Below, piece after piece: positions 27,563 through 32,603 of a stretch of DNA of 34,323 nucleotides. How positions within the stretch are numbered: the stretch's first letter is position 1; each line of letters opens with the position of its first letter. Origin of the DNA: a virus (Duplodnaviria; Heunggongvirae; Uroviricota; Caudoviricetes); the IMG/VR virus record IMGVR_UViG_3300022747_000014; one strand, written 5' to 3'. Made by a program: the position numbers and the translations under genes. The notes under the pieces are model-generated. The model searched no databases, was not told where the DNA came from, and saw only the letters and a program-made list of their open reading frames with translations.

Positions 27563-27709
27563 TTTTGAGATAGACGTAGGGTTTGAGTCCCATAGTGCAT
27601 AGCATACCGGCTGGTATGTGACAAAGCCACATTGCACCTATGGTAGTTTAAACTTGCCCATACGAGACAATCCAGTGAGTCCCGCCGAGGGATAGTTGGG
27701 CTCTCAAAA
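27563..27709 (+). ncRNA. candidate structured ncRNA (~147 nt)
   Basis: Closed by TTTTGAGA/TCTCAAAA; inner helices CCATAG-TGCA/TGCA-CTATGG and CATACC/GGTATG; TGAGTCCC repeated twice. Confidence 0.55.
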
Positions 27710-27718
27710 ACCTATAAT

Positions 27719-27810
27719 GGGGTGTCTGGTGAGTTATTCACGTTCGATTCGTGTTAATGGTGGTTCCGCCCGCGCAGCACTCATGAGGTTCGATTCCTCA
27801 TCGCCCCACC
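27719..27810 (+). ncRNA. tRNA-like RNA with two TTCGATT loops
   Basis: Acceptor-like GGGGTG/CGCCCC and canonical T arm (A)TGAGG-TTCGATT-CCTCA(T); second hairpin CACG-TTCGATT-CGTG; no D arm; ends ACCC. Confidence 0.5.
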
Positions 27811-27815
27811 CGATT

Positions 27816-27891
27816 GCCGATGTAGCTCAGTTGGTAGAGCAGCGGATTGAAAATCCGTGTGTCACTGGTTCAAACCCGGTCTTCGGCACCA
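27816..27891 (+). tRNA. tRNA-Phe (GAA)
   Basis: GCGGA-TTGAAAA-TCCGT, canonical cloverleaf, CCA. Confidence 0.95.
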
Positions 27892-27896
27892 ATAAT

Positions 27897-27975
27897 GGGG
27901 TATCAGTAGCATCTAACTGGTAGGGTTCAGTAGTAGCCCTTTGTTGGTAACTATGTAGTCCAATATACTCCACCA
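27897..27975 (+). ncRNA. tRNA-like cloverleaf with Ala-type acceptor
   Basis: GGGGTAT/ATACTCC-ACCA (G3.U70, A73); three hairpins but no TTC loop and no D-loop GG consensus. Confidence 0.55.
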
Positions 27976-27980
27976 AACAT

Positions 27981-28073
27981 GGAAAGTAATGCAGCGGGGA
28001 TGGTCCTGCGACTGGCCTTGAAAACCAGGTTCTCCGACAAGGGGATGGGGTTCGACTCCTCTGCTTTCCGCCA
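27981..28073 (+). tRNA. tRNA-Ser (UGA)
   Basis: Loop CTTGAAA, long variable arm, G73, CCA. Confidence 0.9.
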
Positions 28074-28091
28074 ATGATAAGTAAGTACAAT

Positions 28092-28167
28092 GCGGGAATA
28101 GCTCAGTTGGTAGAGCACTTGCTTGCCAAGCAAGATGTCGGGAGTTCGAGTCTCCTTTCCCGCTCCA
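28092..28167 (+). tRNA. tRNA-Gly (GCC)
   Basis: GCGGGAA acceptor, loop TTGCCAA, U73-CCA. Confidence 0.95.
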
Positions 28168-28172
28168 TATAT

Positions 28173-28249
28173 GGCTCCGTAGTTCAGTCCGGCAGAACGT
28201 TGGTCTCCAAAACCAAATGTCAGTGGTTCAAATCCATTCGGGGTCGCCA
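28173..28249 (+). tRNA. tRNA-Trp (CCA)
   Basis: TTGGT-CTCCAAA-ACCAA, G73-CCA. Confidence 0.9.
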
Positions 28250-28257
28250 GAAACATG

Positions 28258-28286
28258 TTGACACAAAATTAAACATGTCATACAAT
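28258..28286 (+). promoter_or_regulatory. sigma70 promoter internal to the tRNA array
   Basis: TTGACA-17-TACAAT. Confidence 0.8.
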
Positions 28287-28327
28287 AGACACTGTTAGTA
28301 ATTAACAATGTTCTTAAAACAAAATTT

Positions 28328-28413
28328 GCGAGTGTGGTGAAATTGGTAGACACAAGAGACTTAAAATCTCTCGCTGTAATGGCGTGCCGGTTCGATTCCG
28401 GCCACTCGCACCA
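28328..28413 (+). tRNA. tRNA-Leu (UAA)
   Basis: AGAGA-CTTAAAA-TCTCT, long variable arm, CCA. Confidence 0.95.
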
Positions 28414-28423
28414 AGAATTCAGT

Positions 28424-28498
28424 GGTGGGTTCGTCTATCGGTTAGGACACAGGCCTTTCACGTCTGTAAGACGGGTTCGATTCCCGTACCCACTACCA
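28424..28498 (+). tRNA. tRNA-Glu (UUC)
   Basis: Loop CTTTCAC, T arm ACGGG-TTCGATT-CCCGT, CCA. Confidence 0.9.
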
Positions 28499-28505
28499 AG
28501 TTTAT

Positions 28506-28581
28506 GCAGTAATGGAGAAGGCAGGTGCCCTGTGCATCGTATACTAGTTGCCACAAAGGTTCGAGTCCTTTGGCTGCACCA
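28506..28581 (+). ncRNA. tRNA-like RNA/pseudo-tRNA (76 nt, CCA end)
   Basis: GCAGT/GCTGC acceptor, canonical T arm AAAGG-TTCGAGT-CCTTT, ACCA; no canonical D or anticodon stem. Confidence 0.5.
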
Positions 28582-28584
28582 AGA

Positions 28585-28677
28585 TTTCTCGTCATTTGTG
28601 TGAAGAAAGCACATGTCATTAGGAAGGCTAGATTCAACGTATCTAGTATATTGCTGGTGTAAGTCCGGCCGGGAAAG
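28585..28677 (+). ncRNA. cloverleaf-like RNA without CCA
   Basis: TTTCTCG/CGGGAAA 7-bp stem stacked on GCTGG-TGTAAGT-CCGGC; hairpins TGTG/CACA and CTAGAT/ATCTAG. Confidence 0.4.
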
Positions 28678-28686
28678 AAATTTTAT

Positions 28687-28771
28687 GGAGGTGTAGGAAA
28701 ATTGGTAACCCCAGTGGACTGTAAATCCGCCGTCTCTGACACTACTGGTTCAACTCCAGTCGCCTCCACCA
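28687..28771 (+). tRNA. tRNA-Tyr (GUA)
   Basis: GTGGA-CTGTAAA-TCCGC, long variable arm, CCA. Confidence 0.93.
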
Positions 28772-28772
28772 G

Positions 28773-28986
28773 AGCAAATAGTAATCTTGTTTTGATGCAT
28801 GGTTGCTCAACGGTTGGCTGTGACGATGGGCGATATCGGAACTTCCCCAAATTTTGCAGTATTGTTTAATGCTGCTACTGAGCCTCGCCCTTGTCAGCGG
28901 CGTATAATGAGATAAATTGTTGACAAACCTACATCCGCGATAGTGCGAGCCACTCAGTTCATTCTGTTTGCAGTAACACTATTGCT
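28773..28986 (+). ncRNA. candidate pseudoknotted ncRNA (~214 nt)
   Basis: Closed by AGCAAATAGT/ACTATTGCT; TGACGA-T-GGGCGA/TCGCCC-TTGTCA; GCAGTATT/AATGCTGC; crossing pair ACTGAG/CTCAGT. Confidence 0.55.
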
Positions 28987-28988
28987 TT

Positions 28989-29064
28989 GCTCCGTTAGCT
29001 CAATTGGGAGAGCGCGACACTGTCACTGTCGAGGTAAGGGGATCGAAACCCCTACGGGGCGCCA
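28989..29064 (+). tRNA. tRNA-Asp (GUC)
   Basis: CGACA-CTGTCAC-TGTCG; T loop ATCGAAA; G73-CCA. Confidence 0.9.
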
Positions 29065-29071
29065 TGGTTGT

Positions 29072-29146
29072 TGGGGAGAAATCGATTGGAGCAGATATTA
29101 CGCTTTGACCGTAAGTGATAGGGTTCGATTCCCTACTCCCCTACCA
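29072..29146 (+). tRNA. tRNA-Gln (UUG)
   Basis: TTACG-CTTTGAC-CGTAA, T arm TAGGG-TTCGATT-CCCTA, CCA; short D stem, unpaired 1-72. Confidence 0.8.
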
Positions 29147-29301
29147 ATTTGTTTAGGAAGACCGTCTGGGATAAATTCTGCGGTGGTCTTCTTAGCGTAT
29201 GTAAGAGTGAAATCTTTGATGCACGAATAGCTAACACTGTTACGGTATGTTCCGTAACCTAGCTTTTGTAATTCTTCAAATCCTGGATTGGGTTTACTCA
29301 T
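29098..29301 (-). CDS. putative small late protein antisense to the tRNA array, 67 aa
   Basis: TAAATA-CAGT-ATG on the minus strand (29311-29299); MSKPNPGFEELQKLGYGTYRN...; its 3' end overlaps tRNA-Gln in antisense. Confidence 0.45.
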   Translation of the reverse strand: MSKPNPGFEELQKLGYGTYRNSVSYSCIKDFTLTYAKKTTAEFIPDGLPKQIGRGVGNRTLSLTVKA

Positions 29302-29313
29302 ACTGTATTTATT

Positions 29314-29390
29314 GCCTCCATAGCTCAGTTGGTTAGAGCATCCGCTTGATAAGCGGAAGGTCCGTGATTCGAGTTCACGTGGCGGCACCA
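29314..29390 (+). tRNA. tRNA-Ile (GAU)
   Basis: TCCGC-TTGATAA-GCGGA, CCA. Confidence 0.92.
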
Positions 29391-29398
29391 AATTTAAT

Positions 29399-29427
29399 TT
29401 GACAGTAATATGCAAGGTATATATACT
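29399..29427 (+). promoter_or_regulatory. sigma70 promoter internal to the tRNA array
   Basis: TTGACA-17-TATACT. Confidence 0.75.
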
Positions 29428-29442
29428 GTTATTGGAAATTAT

Positions 29443-29521
29443 TCCGTGAAACCCGAGCTAGGTGCATGGGCTGGACTGTTAATCCATGGTTAGGTGAGTT
29501 CGAATCTCACACACGGAGCCA
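29443..29521 (+). tRNA. tRNA-Asn (GUU)
   Basis: Loop CTGTTAA, T arm GTGAG-TTCGAAT-CTCAC, G73-CCA; enlarged D loop. Confidence 0.85.
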
Positions 29522-29528
29522 AATTTAA

Positions 29529-29577
29529 ATGGTAGAGCATAAATAAAAGTATAAAATATTTTAAAGGGCTCTACCAT
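29529..29577 (+). promoter_or_regulatory. RBS-sequestering hairpin with a late promoter in its loop
   Basis: Perfect 10-bp IR ATGGTAGAGC/GCTCTACCAT ending at the base before the HNH ATG; TAAATA at 29540-29545 inside the loop. Confidence 0.7.
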
Positions 29578-30021
29578 ATGAATTATAAAGGTACAAAAGA
29601 TAAAGTCTTTAACTGCACTCATTGCGGGGCTGAATTCAAGTTTAAAGGTTACAGTAGTAATCACAAATTTTGTAGCTTAGATTGTTCTTATGCCTCTCAG
29701 GCAAATAAAAAAATTGTTTTGAGAGAACAGCGATACCAGGATTGGTTATCGGGTAAGGACTTAGGATTGTCAAATCCAAGAGCTCTTATAAGAGAATTTC
29801 TTATTAAGAGAGATGGATATAAATGTAGTTGTTGTGGTATAGATAGCTGGAATGGAAAAGAAATTACGTTGTGGACTGACCACATAGATGGCAATGCAAC
29901 AAATAATCATCCATCTAACTTTAGACTAATCTGCCCTAACTGTGATAGTCAATCAGAAACGTTTGGCGCAAAGAATTACGGTAACGGCAGGAAGTCTAGA
30001 GGATTACCACAATATGGTTAA
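29578..30021 (+). CDS. free-standing HNH homing endonuclease with N-terminal Zn ribbon
   Basis: CTHCG..F, FCSLDC, KRDGYKCSCCG, DHIDGNATNN...NFRLICPNC; inserted between tRNA-Asn and tRNA-Thr. Confidence 0.88.
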   Translation: MNYKGTKDKVFNCTHCGAEFKFKGYSSNHKFCSLDCSYASQANKKIVLREQRYQDWLSGKDLGLSNPRALIREFLIKRDGYKCSCCGIDSWNGKEITLWTDHIDGNATNNHPSNFRLICPNCDSQSETFGAKNYGNGRKSRGLPQYG

Positions 30022-30027
30022 TTTAAT

Positions 30028-30102
30028 GCCCTTGTATCCTTAGTGGTAGAGGTCCTGTTTTGTAAGCAGGGTGTGGTGGTTCGATTCCATCCTGGGGCAC
30101 CA
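30028..30102 (+). tRNA. tRNA-Thr (UGU)
   Basis: CCTGT-TTTGTAA-GCAGG, CCA. Confidence 0.9.
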
Positions 30103-30105
30103 AAT

Positions 30106-30193
30106 TCAACGTACCAGCGTAACTGGGAGGTATAGCAGATGAAATATAACTATACTGCTATATGTACGGCACGTACTTGAGTGGAAAGCCCAC
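30106..30193 (+). ncRNA. candidate small structured RNA
   Basis: TCAA-GTAC/GTAC-TTGA closing an 8-bp TATAGCAG/CTGCTATA hairpin and a CCAG/CTGG hairpin. Confidence 0.35.
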
Positions 30194-30207
30194 AGTGCAA
30201 AGTTTTC

Positions 30208-30283
30208 GGGGGTGTAGCTCATCTGGGAGAGCAGTAGCTTTGCAAGCTAAAGGTAGTCGGTTCGATCCCGACCATCTCCACCA
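30208..30283 (+). tRNA. tRNA-Ala (UGC)
   Basis: G3.U70, loop TTTGCAA, CCA. Confidence 0.93.
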
Positions 30284-30287
30284 AATT

Positions 30288-30378
30288 GGAAAGCGGGCAG
30301 GCCGGTAATGCAGCACCCTGCTAAGGTGTAGACTTGTGATGAGCAGGTCAGTGGGTTCGATTCCCACGCTTTCCACCA
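30288..30378 (+). tRNA. tRNA-Ser (GCU)
   Basis: GCACC-CTGCTAA-GGTGT, long variable arm, CCA. Confidence 0.9.
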
Positions 30379-30385
30379 ATATATT

Positions 30386-30462
<77 letters not shown>

Positions 30463-30472
30463 TCTTCATTAT

Positions 30473-30549
30473 CGGCCCTTGGCTCAACTGGATAGAGTAG
30501 CGGTCTTCGAAATCGTTGGTTAGGGGTTCGAATCCTCTAGGGCCGACCA
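30473..30549 (+). tRNA. tRNA-Arg (UCG)
   Basis: CGGCCCT/AGGGCCG, loop CTTCGAA, A20-type D loop, CCA. Confidence 0.88.
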
Positions 30550-30554
30550 ATCAT

Positions 30555-30628
30555 GCTCCTATAGTTTAGTGGAAGAACAAATCCATGGTAAGGATTAGAT
30601 GAAAGTTCGATTCTTTCTTGGAGCACCA
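30555..30628 (+). tRNA. tRNA-Thr (GGU)
   Basis: AATCC-ATGGTAA-GGATT, CCA. Confidence 0.88.
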
Positions 30629-30633
30629 ATTTC

Positions 30634-30708
30634 ACCCCTGTAGTATAATGGATAATACACTAGGCTACGAACTTAGGAATTGTGGTTCGATTCCATGCAG
30701 GGGTACCA
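30634..30708 (+). tRNA. tRNA-Arg (ACG)
   Basis: CTAGG-CTACGAA-CTTAG, CCA. Confidence 0.9.
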
Positions 30709-30746
30709 ATAATAAAAATAATGTATAATAGCGCAAAGGAGCAGCA

Positions 30747-31178
30747 ATGAGCGTTTTTAAAAATTTAGTTGGCCAACGAATCAACGGAATATTTTTAGGC
30801 AATGACAGCTGGGCGTTAGTGGTTAGAACCATTGATGGTAAATTTCATCGCTATGATACTGAAAATGATTGCTGCAACAGCGTGTGGTTTAATCACATCA
30901 ACGGCGTTACTATCCTAGGCGAAGGCAACAGCTTTGATCTATTGCGAGGCGCACTAGTAACCGGAGTCGAAGACAAAGGTTGGGGCGAGAACCGCAACGA
31001 CGAAGCCGGATACGAAGTAGTCCAGGACGGATTCTGGACTATCAAAACTGACCGTGGATACATTGACATTGAAGTGCGTAATAGCCACAATGGATACTAT
31101 GGCGGTTCAGTCAAACACAGAGATGAGCCTAACCTTGATACAGTCGAGAATATGCAACAGGTCTTAGAAGATTTTTAA
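30747..31178 (+). CDS. hypothetical acidic phage protein
   Basis: AAGGAG SD, 143 aa; DCCNSVWF and RNSHNGYYGG motifs. Confidence 0.8.
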   Translation: MSVFKNLVGQRINGIFLGNDSWALVVRTIDGKFHRYDTENDCCNSVWFNHINGVTILGEGNSFDLLRGALVTGVEDKGWGENRNDEAGYEVVQDGFWTIKTDRGYIDIEVRNSHNGYYGGSVKHRDEPNLDTVENMQQVLEDF

Positions 31179-31186
31179 AGGTAGTT

Positions 31187-31393
31187 ATGTCAAATAGTAG
31201 AAACACTTCAGCAGCAGCAGTAGACAAAATTGGTAATAGATTCGATCTAGTGCTAGTAGCAAGTGAACGTGCTCGTGAACTTAAACGCGGTCATGCTGCA
31301 AAAGTTACAGGAGCAGGGGGCATTCCTTCCACAGTTCTAAAAGAGATCGAAGAAGGAAAAGTCGGTCGAGAGTACTTAAAAAAGCTCCGTTAA
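31187..31393 (+). CDS. rpoZ: RNA polymerase omega subunit homologue
   Basis: [22 protein letters not shown]...LKEIEEG matches proteobacterial omega ([21 protein letters not shown]...LREIEEG); AGGT SD. Confidence 0.88.
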   Translation: [68 protein letters not shown]

Positions 31394-31401
31394 GAGTTTA
31401 T

Positions 31402-31476
31402 GGCGGCTATAGTTTAGTGGTAAAACCATAGGTTGTGATTCTGTTATCGAGGGTTCGATTCCCTCTAGTCGCCCCA
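31402..31476 (+). tRNA. tRNA-His (GUG)
   Basis: G-1:C73 pair, loop TTGTGAT, CCA. Confidence 0.92.
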
Positions 31477-31477
31477 A

Positions 31478-31897
31478 TTATTGTGCAGCATCCATTACTT
31501 CAGCAGTAAGCGGCCAAGGTCCTCGGAAGTTACGGAAGTGTGGGTGACGACGATAATGATCGTAACGATCATTTTGCTGTGCATGGCGCATGATACCGTG
31601 TGCAATAGTCTCAGCAAGATCTCGGCTACCATAAGATTTAATAGGAGCCCATCCACCTTGATGTGCTCGCATCATCTTATCAAACGCAGCATCTTGGCTC
31701 ATGCCTGTTACGGCACTAATAGCTTCGATAACTACTTCTGCTGGGGTCATACCATCGTTAAGAATCATAACAGTGAACCCGCCTGGTTTATCAGTTGGTT
31801 TTTCTTGTTGCTGGCCCACTGGAGGTTTTGCTAATTCTGGTGGACGATCGGCAACTTCTGCTTCGCGGATGTATTCTTTTAATGGTTTGATTTTCAT
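31478..31897 (-). CDS. clpS: ClpS-like N-degron adaptor with N-terminal extension
   Basis: FTVMILNDGMTPAEVVIEAI...AA...MMRAHQGG.A....SRDLAET aligns to the ClpS core (YKVILxNDDYTPMEFV...M..VH..G.A...AET). Confidence 0.75.
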   Translation of the reverse strand: MKIKPLKEYIREAEVADRPPELAKPPVGQQQEKPTDKPGGFTVMILNDGMTPAEVVIEAISAVTGMSQDAAFDKMMRAHQGGWAPIKSYGSRDLAETIAHGIMRHAQQNDRYDHYRRHPHFRNFRGPWPLTAEVMDAAQ

Positions 31898-32448
31898 AAT
31901 TGTTGTGCAAGTGATTCTAGCTTTTGATCGTACTCAGCAGCCCATGATTGTATTACTTGGTTTACTTGATCTGCTAACTGTGCCTGCGGTCCTTCGTCTA
32001 GGCTCTTAATCTTAACACCAGCAGACTTTTGAGTTATAGTAACCATGGTGGTTTTCATCTTTTCAACTACTGCAATTAGTTCAGGAGTTAGATGAGAAAC
32101 TAGGGCTACTAGAATGTCCTTATATTTTGGACTCTTGGTTGCTTCTGGATCTTTGCTAAGTTGGATAATAAGGCTTTTGGTCTTTACAATACGTGTTTTA
32201 ACAGCATCAGCAGCATCAAAAATGCCAGCAACATCATCGCGTACAGTTTGCTTAACTTCATCTTCGAGCGCACTGATCTCGTCTTTAAGCTGAGACATAC
32301 GTTCGTACTTTTGTGCAAGTTTAGTATAGACTTGGCTATCGCGGCTTGTAAGGATAGCAATAACTTCTTTATCTGTTTCTTGGTAGTCTACATCAGGTAA
32401 ACGACCTTCAACTAAGGTAATAAGTTGCCGAAAATTTTGTGAATTCAT
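31894..32448 (-). CDS. hypothetical late protein, putative internal head protein
   Basis: 184 aa; TAAATA-N5-ATG; N-terminus MNSQNFRQLITLVEG; 4-nt overlap with clpS. Confidence 0.75.
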   Translation of the reverse strand: MNSQNFRQLITLVEGRLPDVDYQETDKEVIAILTSRDSQVYTKLAQKYERMSQLKDEISALEDEVKQTVRDDVAGIFDAADAVKTRIVKTKSLIIQLSKDPEATKSPKYKDILVALVSHLTPELIAVVEKMKTTMVTITQKSAGVKIKSLDEGPQAQLADQVNQVIQSWAAEYDQKLESLAQQL

Positions 32449-32453
32449 AAATT

Positions 32454-32459
32454 TATTTA
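32454..32459 (-). promoter_or_regulatory. late promoter core TAAATA (leaderless)
   Basis: TAAATA-AATTT-ATG on the minus strand. Confidence 0.65.
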
Positions 32460-32463
32460 TCTT

Positions 32464-32540
32464 GCCCTTGTGATGGAATTGGTATACGTTCTTGATTCAA
32501 AATCGAGATTTTGTGGGTTCGAGTCCCACCAAGGGCACCA
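32464..32540 (+). tRNA. tRNA-Leu (CAA), short variable loop
   Basis: CTTGA-TTCAAAA-TCGAG, ~5-nt variable region, A73-CCA. Confidence 0.85.
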
Positions 32541-32546
32541 AGTTAT

Positions 32547-32599
32547 GGGGGGCGGTGCTAGCCTTACCGGTAATCATGAGCCGGGACAGCCCTCCACCA
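32547..32599 (+). ncRNA. 53-nt mini-tRNA-like RNA with Ala identity element
   Basis: GGGGGGC/GCCCTCC-ACCA (G3.U70, A73) enclosing only 35 nt; spaced like a tRNA gene between two Leu tRNAs. Confidence 0.55.
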
Positions 32600-32603
32600 A
32601 CAT

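Noticed and set aside
27719-27810. tRNA-Sec
   Set aside because: The 13-bp acceptor+T length is suggestive, but there is no UCA anticodon loop, no 6-bp D stem and no G73-CCA.
27696-29230. ORFs 27696..27923, 27827..28090, 27951..28256, 28074..28298, 28334..28603, 28943..29230
   Set aside because: They overlap clear tRNA genes on the same or opposite strand, have no SD and are typical tRNA shadow ORFs.
31481-32400. Plus-strand ORFs 31481..31834, 31701..32009, 32161..32400
   Set aside because: They are shadows of the minus-strand clpS operon, which has motif and promoter support.
32547-32599. tmRNA or a piece of a two-piece tmRNA
   Set aside because: Both acceptor strands lie within 53 nt; no T arm, tag reading frame or partner piece is recognisable.
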